A DNA stretch of 64,000 nucleotides from Ferroacidibacillus organovorans. Lineage in GTDB: Bacteria; Bacillota; Bacilli; Alicyclobacillales; SLC66. Positions 20,708 to 30,500 of the stretch are shown here, piece after piece (the first letter of the stretch is position 1; every line of letters begins with the position of its first letter). The stretch is taken from NCBI RefSeq assembly GCF_001642725.1, contig NZ_LSUQ01000007.1, forward strand, positions 1 to 64,000, in the 5' to 3' direction. The translations under genes were made by a program, and so were the position numbers. The notes beneath the pieces are model-generated. The model was not told the DNA's origin, ran no database searches, and saw nothing but the letters and a program-made list of their open reading frames with translations.

Positions 20708-21505
20708 ATGAACCATTCTTCGACACGTCACGGCGCTCAAAATCCTCGCGCTGTAAAGCAGGATGCGCAAAGAGAAACGCAGCGTCTACAAAAAGTGCTG
20801 GCTCACGCGGGCGTTGCTTCGCGCAGAGCGGCTGAAGATCTTATTCGCCAAGGTCGCGTTCGCGTTGACGGTGTCATCGTCACAGAATTGGGCGTGCAGG
20901 TGCGTCCGAATCAAGCGATTGAAGTAGATGGCGCATCCATTCACCGCGATACGTTGCCTGTCTATGTATTACTCTATAAACCGCGCGGTGTCGTCACGAC
21001 ATCGTCTGATCCGCAGGGACGCAAGACGGTGCTTGATTTAATCACAGGGATTCCGAATCGCATCTATCCCGTGGGACGCCTTGACTATGATACAAAAGGC
21101 GCGCTTTTGTTGACCGACGACGGGGCGCTCACGCACCGTTTAATGCATCCTTCCTACGAGATTGAGAAGGTTTATCGCGCAACGGTAGCGGGTGAACTAG
21201 CAGAGCGCGATCTTCTTCAACTGACCGAAGGTGTAGACCTTGACGGCAAGGTGACTGCGCCTGCTGTTGTGCGCCTTATCGGAACGGATGGAAAGACAAG
21301 CGTCGTTGAACTTGCTCTTCATGAAGGTCGCAACCGACAAGTGCGTCGCATGTTTGAAGCGGTTGGGCATCCCGTGCTCGATCTGACAAGAACTCATTAC
21401 GGAAATCTTTCACTAAATGCGTTGCGCCCAGGTACATGGCGTAAACTGACGGATGCCGAGGTCAAACAGTTGTACCGACTTTGCCATCTTGCCACTTCTC
21501 AGTGA
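20708..21505 (+). CDS. rluB: 23S rRNA pseudouridine synthase (RluB/RsuA family)
   Basis: S4 domain, GRLDYDT, EGRNRQVRRM. Confidence 0.88.
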   Translation: MNHSSTRHGAQNPRAVKQDAQRETQRLQKVLAHAGVASRRAAEDLIRQGRVRVDGVIVTELGVQVRPNQAIEVDGASIHRDTLPVYVLLYKPRGVVTTSSDPQGRKTVLDLITGIPNRIYPVGRLDYDTKGALLLTDDGALTHRLMHPSYEIEKVYRATVAGELAERDLLQLTEGVDLDGKVTAPAVVRLIGTDGKTSVVELALHEGRNRQVRRMFEAVGHPVLDLTRTHYGNLSLNALRPGTWRKLTDAEVKQLYRLCHLATSQ

Positions 21506-21665
21506 TTTCGCAATCACGTCTTGAAAATAGCGTTTAACCTGATTTGATTTGCAGCCATATGTTTCCTAGAGTAAGCTATACATAGGCACGATAAAACGCG
21601 TATATCGCAGCGTTTGTGTTGAGGCACTCTAATGTTTATAGGCTGAACTTCTGGGAGGATAGGCC

Positions 21666-22379
21666 GTGGACACAGGACAAGAGCGAATTCTTGTAGTGGA
21701 CGATGAAGAACGGATCCGTCGATTGGTGAGGATGTACCTTGAACGAAATTTCTTTTTTGTGGATGAAGCTGAAGATGGGACGGAAGCGCTTGCCAAAGCT
21801 CTGGAAACGGATTATTCATTGATTATTCTTGATCTCATGTTACCCGGAATGGATGGACGCGATGTTTGTTCGGAAATCCGTCAATATAAAGATACGCCGA
21901 TCATCATGTTGACTGCTGCGGGTGATGAAAGCAATCGTGTGCACGGTTTTGAGCTAGGAGCGGATGACTATGTCGTAAAACCGTTTAGTCCGCGCGAGTT
22001 GATGATGCGCGTCAAGGCGCTTCTAAGGAGGACGGGTGGGCAACTTGTCGAATCGACAGCGGCAGCAGGACACCTACTCACGTTTCCAGGACTTGTTATT
22101 AACATTGATGCGCGCAAGGTGTTGGTTGAAAATCAGGAGATTCAATTGACGCCAAAGGAATTTGAATTACTCCTTTACCTTGCACAGCGGCCAGAAAAAG
22201 TGTTTAGCCGCGAAGAATTGCTTAAAGATGTGTGGAATTACCAATTTTTTGGCGATCAGCGAACTGTTGACACGCATGTCAAACGACTTCGCGAAAAACT
22301 TGGGAGGGCATCTGAGCGAGTGCCTCAGCATATTCACACGGTGTGGGGTGTAGGATACAAATTTGAGGTGTCAGAGTAG
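21666..22379 (+). CDS. resD: OmpR-family response regulator ResD
   Basis: receiver plus winged HTH, GDQRTVDTHVKRLREKL; synteny. Confidence 0.85.
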   Translation: MDTGQERILVVDDEERIRRLVRMYLERNFFFVDEAEDGTEALAKALETDYSLIILDLMLPGMDGRDVCSEIRQYKDTPIIMLTAAGDESNRVHGFELGADDYVVKPFSPRELMMRVKALLRRTGGQLVESTAAAGHLLTFPGLVINIDARKVLVENQEIQLTPKEFELLLYLAQRPEKVFSREELLKDVWNYQFFGDQRTVDTHVKRLREKLGRASERVPQHIHTVWGVGYKFEVSE

Positions 22380-24154
22380 TGATTCGTCAAAGTGTGGTTT
22401 TAAAGTTATGGTTAACCATCATTGTTCTTGTTTTGATGGTTTTAGCCATACTTTCTTTGTATCTGGAGCAATTTTTAAACTCCTATGTCATGACGATGCA
22501 GCGCCGCGATCTGACAAGTCAAGCCATGGTAATCAGTGAGTTGTTAAAGCGCGAACCCAATCAAACACTCGCCTATGAAATTGGGTCGCGCATCATGACT
22601 GCGCTGCACGGACAGTATGATCTAGTTCCGCCGCCGCAAAAAAGCGCGCGCTCGCGCGCTTTTTTGACCGCCTTGACGCCAACGGAACGAAATGATTTTC
22701 TGACTGGGCACCCTTATGTAGACTCTGGTGTACCTGCGTTGCTGCCTCACGCATCTCCCAATACGGTGGTTTATGCCGTTATGCCGATTCATAATCAACA
22801 ACATGGGCTGGAAGCATTCCTTGTCATTACTGAAATGATGGATCCAAAGGATGATCCCGCAAAGGTCATTTCAGATCTCATCATGTTTGCAGTTATTTTG
22901 GGCACCGTTCTTACGACAGGGTTGGCGTTTGTCGTATCGAAGAATTTATCGCGCCCTCTCATTGAAATGATTGACGCTGCAGAAGAAATGGCGCGTGGGA
23001 AATTTGATACGCGCGTTCGTGTTGTGACACAGGACGAAGTGGGAAGACTAGGCTATACGTTCAATCATGTGGCTGGAGAATTAGAGCGAACCGTTCGCGC
23101 GCTGACAGAAGAAAAGGAAGAGATCGGTGGAATTCTTGGCGCGATGACGGACGCCGTGGTGGCGGCGGATGTAGACGGACGATTGACATTGTTGAATCCT
23201 TCAGCGGAACAATGGCTTAGGAATCTTCGCTCACTCTCCGCGGAAGAACGCCCATTCGCTCTGCCTGAAGAATTAATTCAAATGCAACGTGATACACTTG
23301 AATCGCGATCACGCATGACGCGGGAATTTTTCTGGCACGGTAGACACTTTATTGGCAGTATGACACCGCTTTATCAGTCAGATCGAAAGAGCGTCTTGCG
23401 AGGAACTGTGACTGTCTTGCGCGATGTAACGGAAGAGCGAAGGCTCGATCGCTTGCGCAAAGATTTTATCGCAAACGTTTCACATGAACTGAGAACGCCG
23501 CTTGCACTTTTTCAAGGATATGCGGAAGCACTTCTGGATGACTTTGGAGATGACCCTGATCAGCGGACTGAGATCACTCAAATCATCTACGATGAGTCGC
23601 TTCGCATGCGACGTTTAGTGAATGAACTACTTGACTTGGCGCAATTGGAATCGGGGAACTTTTCCATGCGCTTTGAACGCATGGATATGCTCGTCGTTTT
23701 GCGCAGGGTGGCTCGCAAATATTTTAACATCTACGCTGAACGCGGATTGTCGCTTAAACTTGAAACCGAGTTGAACTCGATCATCGTTTGTGCAGATGTA
23801 GATCGCATTGAGCAAGTCTTGACCAATCTCGTTGATAACGCGCTGCGCCATACGAGAGAAGGGGGGGTTTCTCTACAAGTTACGCGGAATGAATCACACC
23901 TCATTTTACGTGTGCGAGATACTGGAGAAGGAATACCACAAGAAGATGTCCCTTTTGTGTTTGAGCGTTTTTATAAAGCAGATAAGGCGCGCACGCGCTC
24001 ACGCGGCGGAACAGGGTTGGGTCTGGCGATCACTCAGAATCTCATTCGCGCTCACGGCGGGGAAATCGGAGTGGAGAGTCAAGTGGGCATAGGGACAACG
24101 TTTTCTGTCGTAATACCAATCAGTTTTTCGCTGTGTCAAAAAGAAACGGATTAG
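22379..24154 (+). CDS. resE: sensor histidine kinase ResE
   Basis: 2 TM, HAMP, PAS, SHELRTPL, HATPase motifs. Confidence 0.85.
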   Translation: MIRQSVVLKLWLTIIVLVLMVLAILSLYLEQFLNSYVMTMQRRDLTSQAMVISELLKREPNQTLAYEIGSRIMTALHGQYDLVPPPQKSARSRAFLTALTPTERNDFLTGHPYVDSGVPALLPHASPNTVVYAVMPIHNQQHGLEAFLVITEMMDPKDDPAKVISDLIMFAVILGTVLTTGLAFVVSKNLSRPLIEMIDAAEEMARGKFDTRVRVVTQDEVGRLGYTFNHVAGELERTVRALTEEKEEIGGILGAMTDAVVAADVDGRLTLLNPSAEQWLRNLRSLSAEERPFALPEELIQMQRDTLESRSRMTREFFWHGRHFIGSMTPLYQSDRKSVLRGTVTVLRDVTEERRLDRLRKDFIANVSHELRTPLALFQGYAEALLDDFGDDPDQRTEITQIIYDESLRMRRLVNELLDLAQLESGNFSMRFERMDMLVVLRRVARKYFNIYAERGLSLKLETELNSIIVCADVDRIEQVLTNLVDNALRHTREGGVSLQVTRNESHLILRVRDTGEGIPQEDVPFVFERFYKADKARTRSRGGTGLGLAITQNLIRAHGGEIGVESQVGIGTTFSVVIPISFSLCQKETD

Positions 24155-24217
24155 AAATAGCATAGAGTGGTTCGTGAATCATGAATAAAAGACTTTTAGT
24201 GAAAAGGAGGCGGTGAA

Positions 24218-24382
24218 GTGTCTTGGGTCTACACAGGGAAACTCTACACCTCTGAGTTTCAGGCGGGTTGCCTCGCGACACGAATACGTGAAGAAGGATT
24301 TCACTACGCAAAACGAATGCCGCGCTACGTGTATGTGTACAAAACCAAGCGCGGTAAATATGGTGTGAAATTTCAGTGGTAA
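24218..24382 (+). CDS. unannotated 54-aa basic protein (MSWVYTGKLYTSEFQAGCLATRIREEGFHYAKRMPRYVYVYKTKRGKYGVKFQW), paralog of 35286-35453
   Basis: AAGGAGG RBS before GTG; fills the resE-CoA-binding gap; 19 identities with the second copy. Confidence 0.8.
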   Translation: MSWVYTGKLYTSEFQAGCLATRIREEGFHYAKRMPRYVYVYKTKRGKYGVKFQW

Positions 24383-24395
24383 GGGAGGCGCTAGA

Positions 24396-24812
24396 ATGGA
24401 TGATGTGAAATGGAAATCACATTTTTCGACGATTCGAACCATTGCAGTGGTTGGTCTATCCGACAATCCAGATCGCGACAGCTATCGGGTGGCGTCATAC
24501 CTACTTCAGCAGGGGTACGAGATATTCCCTGTTAATCCTACCGTTTCTTCCGTTCTGTCTCGTAAAGCATACGCGTCATTGAGCGATATCCCTAAAAAAA
24601 TTGATCTCGTGGATGTTTTTCGTCGGGCAGACGCAGTTCCCGCGATCGTACATGAAGCGATTGCGATAGGAGTTACACGGATATGGCTCCAACTGGGTGT
24701 CGTGCATCAAGTAGCAGAAGCGTATGCGCGTGCGCATGGCGTCGAAATCATTTCTGATCATTGCATTAAAATTGAACATCATCGTATGATGCATTCATCA
24801 CCTTTTGCTTAA
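24396..24812 (+). CDS. CoA-binding protein (YccU/YneT-like)
   Basis: IAVVGLSDNPDRDS, PVNP, DLVDVFR, IWLQLG. Confidence 0.9.
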   Translation: MDDVKWKSHFSTIRTIAVVGLSDNPDRDSYRVASYLLQQGYEIFPVNPTVSSVLSRKAYASLSDIPKKIDLVDVFRRADAVPAIVHEAIAIGVTRIWLQLGVVHQVAEAYARAHGVEIISDHCIKIEHHRMMHSSPFA

Positions 24813-24861
24813 ACCGCTGAAAGTAGACTAGAGAACTCAAAAAGAGTGGAGAGTATGCATC

Positions 24862-25674
24862 ATGTTAACGGATTATCATACCCATACAGAACGCGGGCCT
24901 TATACAGTTTCCTGGCTGGAAAAGTTTCTTGATGTAGCCAAAACACGTGGTATTCAAGAGTATGGTGTATCTGAACACGGTTATCGTTTTCATCAAACGG
25001 CGCATTTGTTTGACAATCCCTGGACGCGTGAGCGGCGAACGGAAGATTTGGACGAGTACATGGAGATGGTGATGGCGGCGCGAAGAGCCGGGCATCAGGT
25101 AAAGTTTGGATTAGAACTGGATTATATTCCTGGCACTGAAGATGCACTCGCTGCATTTATTCAATCATATCCATTTGACTATGTGATTGGTTCTGTGCAT
25201 TGGCTCGACGATTTTGGTTTTGATCTGCTTGAAATGAAACAACGTTGGGAAAACTGCGATCTGAAAGAAACCTATAATACGTATTTCAATATCTTGACGC
25301 GTATGGTCAAAACCGAGTTGTTTGATTTTGTAGGACACGCAGACGTCATTAAGGTGTTCGGTTACGAACCTGACGACATCGCATTTTTGGATGACTGGTA
25401 TAAACGTTTGGCTGAAACATTTTCAAAACATCATGCAGTGGTGGAGATTTCAACGGCAGGATTGCGCAAACCAGTCGGTAAACTATATCCCGCTCCGGGT
25501 TTGCTCCACGCATGTTTTCAGGCGAATGTACCTATTTTAATCAATTCAGACGCCCACAGACCGGAGGATGTAGGCGCCGACTATGATCGGGCCATCGCAT
25601 TTGCAAGACAGACGGGTTATCAAGAGCTGGTGACGTTTTCAAAGAGACAGAGAACCATGGCCACATTAGGGTAA
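24862..25674 (+). CDS. PHP-family histidinol-phosphatase (HisJ/HisK-like)
   Basis: DYHTH, SEH, GLELDY, IGSVH, SDAH. Confidence 0.82.
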   Translation: MLTDYHTHTERGPYTVSWLEKFLDVAKTRGIQEYGVSEHGYRFHQTAHLFDNPWTRERRTEDLDEYMEMVMAARRAGHQVKFGLELDYIPGTEDALAAFIQSYPFDYVIGSVHWLDDFGFDLLEMKQRWENCDLKETYNTYFNILTRMVKTELFDFVGHADVIKVFGYEPDDIAFLDDWYKRLAETFSKHHAVVEISTAGLRKPVGKLYPAPGLLHACFQANVPILINSDAHRPEDVGADYDRAIAFARQTGYQELVTFSKRQRTMATLG

Positions 25675-25686
25675 TGTTTTTTAACA

Positions 25687-25724
25687 AGAGGGCAGACCTT
25701 TCGCAAAGATTGGTCTGCCTTTCT
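25687..25724. terminator. hairpin between convergent genes
   Basis: AGAGGGCAGACC...GGTCTGCCTTTCT. Confidence 0.65.
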
Positions 25725-25729
25725 CTATC

Positions 25730-26146
25730 TTAAATTTCAATATCTGTAAAATTCTTGAGACGCTTTCTTTGGGCCATAATTTCGATCATCGCACAAATCA
25801 TATTATAATCGGTTTCGTCGAGTCGGCTGACGCGATGGGCCATGGCAAGATACGGTTGTGCACTCTCACGTGTAATGAACGATTGCAAATAGCCTGGCAT
25901 ATCGACGATACCCTGATAACTCTCGGCGTCAGGTAGTGTTGAAACTTCTGCGTTATCTGCAAAATAACCGACGGGAACACCGAGTGCTTCGGCAATGCGG
26001 ATCGCATACTCGAGAGAAGGTTGTCTCTCGCCACGTTCAATGGAAGAGATATGCGGTGTTGAGATTCCAGTACGGTAAGCAATTTCTTGTTGCGTGAGTG
26101 CTCGCTTATGGCGCAGCAAGCGAATTTTGTACCCCAATTTTTCCAA
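25730..26146 (-). CDS. XRE-family HTH transcriptional regulator
   Basis: IRLLRHKRALTQQEIA...ISSIERGERQPS; TTG after AGGAGTGA. Confidence 0.88.
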   Translation of the reverse strand: MEKLGYKIRLLRHKRALTQQEIAYRTGISTPHISSIERGERQPSLEYAIRIAEALGVPVGYFADNAEVSTLPDAESYQGIVDMPGYLQSFITRESAQPYLAMAHRVSRLDETDYNMICAMIEIMAQRKRLKNFTDIEI

Positions 26147-26329
26147 ATCTATCACTCCTAATCCTAGAGGATGTATGTTCATGAGTAAACTATATTCCAC
26201 ATATGTGTAAGTTGCAACATAAAGTTAGTTAAAAATATTATAATATAGAGTATAAGCATGCATAGAATCTTAATGAATCTATATTTACTTTAGAATTTGA
26301 TCAGATATGAAAATGCCCTTGGCATTCCA

Positions 26330-26345
26330 TTGAAAACGCTTTACA
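26330..26345 (+). promoter_or_regulatory. cre-like (CcpA) site upstream of acetoacetate-CoA ligase
   Basis: TTGAAAACGCTTTACA, near match to WTGNAANCGNWNNCW. Confidence 0.5.
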
Positions 26346-26386
26346 ATTTCACTTGAGAAGATGTGGCATCGCGGGGGGCGACACGG

Positions 26387-28381
26387 GTGGAAAAGGTAAT
26401 AGAAGGTACGCCAATGTATGAAGCGAGTCAGTATGAGAAAGATCAATCTTTAATCTCTAATTATATGCAATGGTTGCAGCATACGCGCGGACTTCATTTC
26501 TCAGATTACGTTTCACTTCATGAATGGTCAGTTCAATCTCTGGAAGCGTTTTGGGATTCTATCGTTGACTATGCAGAAATCCAAATGAAGCGAAAATCGC
26601 TGTCGCCTTGTTTGAAGTCAAAAGAGATGCCAGGAGCGCAATTTTATCCAGATGCGACGATCAATTATGTGAATCAGGTTTTTCATCAACGAGATGAATC
26701 TTCAATCGCCGTATGGCATCAATCCGAAAATCGACCGCTGAATTCCTTGACCTACGGTGATTTAAAAATGCAGGTGGGCGCATTTGCATCTTATCTGAAG
26801 CAATGGGGTGTCAAAGAGGGAGATCGCGTTGCCGCTTACGCGCCAAACATCGCGGAAACGCTCGTGGCCTTCTTGGCGACGGCCAGCCTTGGAGCGATTT
26901 GGTCGAGTTGCTCCCCTGACTTTGGAACAGCAAGCGTGATGGATCGGTTTTCACAAATTGAACCGGTTGTTTTGATTGCAGTCGACGGGTATCGTTATCA
27001 GGGGAGGGACTATGACCGCCTGCAAATGGTGTCTTCTTTGCAAGAGCAACTGCCATCGTTAAAACTCACCATTCTTATTCCGTATCGATCAGAAACGGTT
27101 TCAGTCGATCACTTCCAAAAAAATACTGTTTCTTATCGTGAAGCGATTCGTCGCGCCGCGGCACTAGAACCTCTGCAGGTACCCTTCAATCACCCGCTGT
27201 GGATTCTTTACACCTCGGGCACGACCGGATTGCCGAAACCGATTGTCCAGAGTCACGGTGGGATCGTCCTTGAGCACGTCAAATCAATGAAGCTCCACGT
27301 CGATCTGCATCCCGGGAATCGTTTTTTTTGGTATTCAACGACAGGCTGGATGATGTGGAACTACTTGATCGGCGGATTGCTGGTTGGCGCTGAAATCATT
27401 CTCTATGACGGCAGCCCGGTTCATCCGCACCCCTATACATTATGGGAATTGGCTCAGAATACTTTAGTGACAGTTTTTGGCGCGAGCGCCGCCTATCTCG
27501 CAACGTGTAAAAAACAAGGGTTACGCCCAAGCGAGCATTATGATTTATCCTCATTGCGAATGATCGGATCGACGGGCTCACCGCTCACGCCTGATCTGTT
27601 CGTTTACGTGTATGACGCTGTCAAAAAAGATGTGATGGTGGTTTCTACGAGTGGCGGAACGGATGTGTGCACAGCGTTTGTCACAGGTTCGGTCCTTTTG
27701 CCGATCTGCGCAGGGGAGATCAGTTGTCGCGCGCTTGGCGCCGATATTCACGCCTTCAATGAAATGGGAGAATCGATCATCAATGAGGTCGGGGAGTTGG
27801 TCATTACTTCGCCAATGCCATCGATGCCGATTTCATTTTTTAAAGACCCTGAGTTCAAACGCTATAAAGAGAGCTATTTTGATCAATATCCAGGCGTGTG
27901 GCGACATGGAGACTGGATAAAGATCACAGAGCGCGGAAGCTGCGTTATCTATGGGCGCTCTGACTCAACGATCAACCGCAACGGAATTCGCATGGGAACA
28001 AGTGAACTTTACCAAGTCATCGAAGCGTTCGACGAAGTGGTCGATAGTTTGGTCATTGATCTAGAAATGTTAGGACGACCGTCCTTTTTAGCGCTCTTTC
28101 TTGTCTTGCGTCAAGGTAGTGCATTGACGGATCAACTAAAACTTCAGATACGTGAAAAATTAAAACGCGATGTGTCGCCGCGTCACGTACCTGATGAAAT
28201 GTACGTGATTCATGACGTGCCTCGCACGCTCAGCGGTAAAAAAATGGAGGTGCCTATTCGAAAAATTCTATTGGGTATGAATGGCACGAGCGCAGCAAAT
28301 CCGGATTCCATGGCGAATCCAAATTCCCTTCAGTACTTTTATGAGTTCGCAAAACGCATTGCAATTGAACACACTCCGTGA
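26387..28381 (+). CDS. acetoacetate--CoA ligase
   Basis: WSSCSPDFG, YTSGTTGLPK, TTGWMMWN, SGGTDVC, WRHGDW, PRTLSGKK. Confidence 0.9.
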   Translation: MEKVIEGTPMYEASQYEKDQSLISNYMQWLQHTRGLHFSDYVSLHEWSVQSLEAFWDSIVDYAEIQMKRKSLSPCLKSKEMPGAQFYPDATINYVNQVFHQRDESSIAVWHQSENRPLNSLTYGDLKMQVGAFASYLKQWGVKEGDRVAAYAPNIAETLVAFLATASLGAIWSSCSPDFGTASVMDRFSQIEPVVLIAVDGYRYQGRDYDRLQMVSSLQEQLPSLKLTILIPYRSETVSVDHFQKNTVSYREAIRRAAALEPLQVPFNHPLWILYTSGTTGLPKPIVQSHGGIVLEHVKSMKLHVDLHPGNRFFWYSTTGWMMWNYLIGGLLVGAEIILYDGSPVHPHPYTLWELAQNTLVTVFGASAAYLATCKKQGLRPSEHYDLSSLRMIGSTGSPLTPDLFVYVYDAVKKDVMVVSTSGGTDVCTAFVTGSVLLPICAGEISCRALGADIHAFNEMGESIINEVGELVITSPMPSMPISFFKDPEFKRYKESYFDQYPGVWRHGDWIKITERGSCVIYGRSDSTINRNGIRMGTSELYQVIEAFDEVVDSLVIDLEMLGRPSFLALFLVLRQGSALTDQLKLQIREKLKRDVSPRHVPDEMYVIHDVPRTLSGKKMEVPIRKILLGMNGTSAANPDSMANPNSLQYFYEFAKRIAIEHTP

Positions 28382-28479
28382 TGCGCCTGATGAGCATCAC
28401 GCATTCGCAAAAGAATGACGCGCATAGACACAGCACGTCATTCTAGTGTTAATGTGTAAACCATCCTCTGTTCAATTCA

Positions 28480-30075
28480 TCAGGCAATTGGCAGTTCGAT
28501 ATAGGCGACCCGCTCCATGTCTGCCGCGTCGCGTATCGCCTGTACACTCTCATCAGAGACAGAGCGGTCGACGGCCATCAACATGAGCGCTTCTCCGCCT
28601 TCGATCGCACGCCCGACTTGCATCGATGCAATGTTAATCCCGGCGAGTCCGAGAACACTTCCCACGCGACCGATGATTCCAGGACGATCGCGATGCCAGG
28701 TCATAAGCATGGCAGAACTCGGCGTGATATCTACGGGATAATGATCGATCTGGATGATCCGCATACCGTGACCTTTGAGCACAGTACCAGCAACGGTTAC
28801 TTCTTCATTCGCGCCTGTCAGCGTGACACGGATGACATTGGTGTAACCTCCGTGGGGTGGAAGCTTCGTTTCCGTCACTTCAATACCCATCTCTTCTGCG
28901 ATGAGTGCCACACTGATGAGATGTACTTCCTCTCGGTAATAGCGGCTGAGAATGCCGCGAAGGGTGGAACGCGAGATCGGATCGGTCGCGTGTTGCGTTG
29001 GTTCTCCTTCGTATTGAATCGTTACGCGGTGTACCCCGCCACGAAACAACTGTGCCGCAAAACTTCCAAGCACTTCTCCTAAATTCGAAAAGGGCTCAAG
29101 GATTGCACGCTGTTCTGGCGCTAAACTGGGTAGGTTGACCGTGTGCGGATAGGAGCGCCCGTGAAGGAGGTCGACAACACCTTGCGCGACATCCACGGCG
29201 ACATTCACTTGCGCCTCTTCCGTCGATGCACCGAGGTGGGGCGTTGATATCACTTGCGGAAATGCCAAGAGGGGTTGGCCCACCGCTGGTTCTTGTTCGT
29301 AGACATCAAGTGCGGCACCCGCCACAATGCCTTGTTCAAGCGCACGCGCGAGCGCTCCCTCGTCGATGATGCCACCTCTCGCGCAATTCAGAATTCGCAC
29401 ACCAGGTTTCATCATGTGAAATTGTTCGTCGCTGATCAAATGGTGAGTCTCTTTGCTCAGTGGAGTGTGCACCGTTAGAAAATCAGCTGTACGTATCGCT
29501 TCTTCTAATGTGGCCGCTTTAATGCCCAATTTCTCAGCGCGCGTTGGTGTGAGGTATGGATCATACGCAGTGACGTGCATCCCGAAAGCTTGTGCGCGTT
29601 TTGCAACTTCCGCTCCGATTCTGCCGAGTCCAAGTATCGAGAGATGCTTTCCGCGAAGTTCGACACCGACAAAACGATTGCGATCCCAGACGCCATCCTT
29701 TAATTTAGCGTGCGCTTGCGGAATGTGGCGAGCAAGGGCGAGCATCATCGCAAATGTAAACTCTGCCGTCGTAATGGTGTTTCCATCCGGCGCGTTAATG
29801 ACAAGGACGCCCGCTTTGGTAGCAGCGCGCACATCAATGTTATCGACGCCAACACCTGCCCGTCCGATGACCTGGAGGTTGCTTCCTGCCTTGATGATCT
29901 CTTCTGTAACCTTTGTCTGGCTGCGCACCAGTAATGCGTCAAAGTCACCGATGATCTCCACCAGTTTTTCTTTGCTGACACCAATTTCTTGAACAATCTC
30001 TAGATCGCTTGCGGCATACAATTGCGCCAGCCCCTGTTCGGAGAGTGGGTCAGTTACGAGAATGCGAAACGACAT
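28480..30075 (-). CDS. serA: D-3-phosphoglycerate dehydrogenase
   Basis: RAGVGVDN, GLGRIG, NCARGG, TPHLGAST, C-terminal ACT; true start MSFRIL at 30075. Confidence 0.95.
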   Translation of the reverse strand: MSFRILVTDPLSEQGLAQLYAASDLEIVQEIGVSKEKLVEIIGDFDALLVRSQTKVTEEIIKAGSNLQVIGRAGVGVDNIDVRAATKAGVLVINAPDGNTITTAEFTFAMMLALARHIPQAHAKLKDGVWDRNRFVGVELRGKHLSILGLGRIGAEVAKRAQAFGMHVTAYDPYLTPTRAEKLGIKAATLEEAIRTADFLTVHTPLSKETHHLISDEQFHMMKPGVRILNCARGGIIDEGALARALEQGIVAGAALDVYEQEPAVGQPLLAFPQVISTPHLGASTEEAQVNVAVDVAQGVVDLLHGRSYPHTVNLPSLAPEQRAILEPFSNLGEVLGSFAAQLFRGGVHRVTIQYEGEPTQHATDPISRSTLRGILSRYYREEVHLISVALIAEEMGIEVTETKLPPHGGYTNVIRVTLTGANEEVTVAGTVLKGHGMRIIQIDHYPVDITPSSAMLMTWHRDRPGIIGRVGSVLGLAGINIASMQVGRAIEGGEALMLMAVDRSVSDESVQAIRDAADMERVAYIELPIA

Positions 30076-30121
30076 CTGAAAATCCCCTTTCTTTCTGATG
30101 ATAAAGGCGTAAAAGAATCTC

Positions 30122-30378
30122 AAAACAAAGCAAAACTCGCCCCTGCGCAATTGCGAGGGGCGAGTTTCAACCCGCGGTGCCACCCTGATTCCCATGAAAT
30201 TCATGGCTTGTTACGACGTGTGTCGTACCACCGATAACGCGGTGTGCGGAACCAGTTTGGATACACGGGGCATCCTTACCTGGTCACTCCGGAGGGCTAC
30301 CTCCACGGACGTTCACTGACTTGCACCAGCCGTCAGCTCTCTGAGAACAAAACCGTGGATTCATTTCCATCGACGTTT
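30122..30378 (-). ncRNA. T-box riboswitch (Ser) leader of serA
   Basis: minus strand: AGAGAGCTG..GGTGCAA stem I apex, specifier region AGC/UCC, T-box AGGGTGGCACCGCG (30186-30173), terminator 30167-30132 plus U tract; promoter TTGACG-N18-TATTCT. Confidence 0.92.
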
Positions 30379-30500
30379 TAGGTTTGTGATTTTTGTGAGA
30401 ATACTACACCTTGGGATGAAACGTCAAGCCTTCGAAGAATTCCCGGTAAAATTGACACAATTTAGAGGCTCTCTACGGAGGCGCAAAAGGAGTCACTCCA

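Noticed and set aside
30076..30204. N-terminal extension of SerA in the ORF track
   Set aside because: Overlaps the T-box antiterminator and terminator; RBS supports the ATG at 30075
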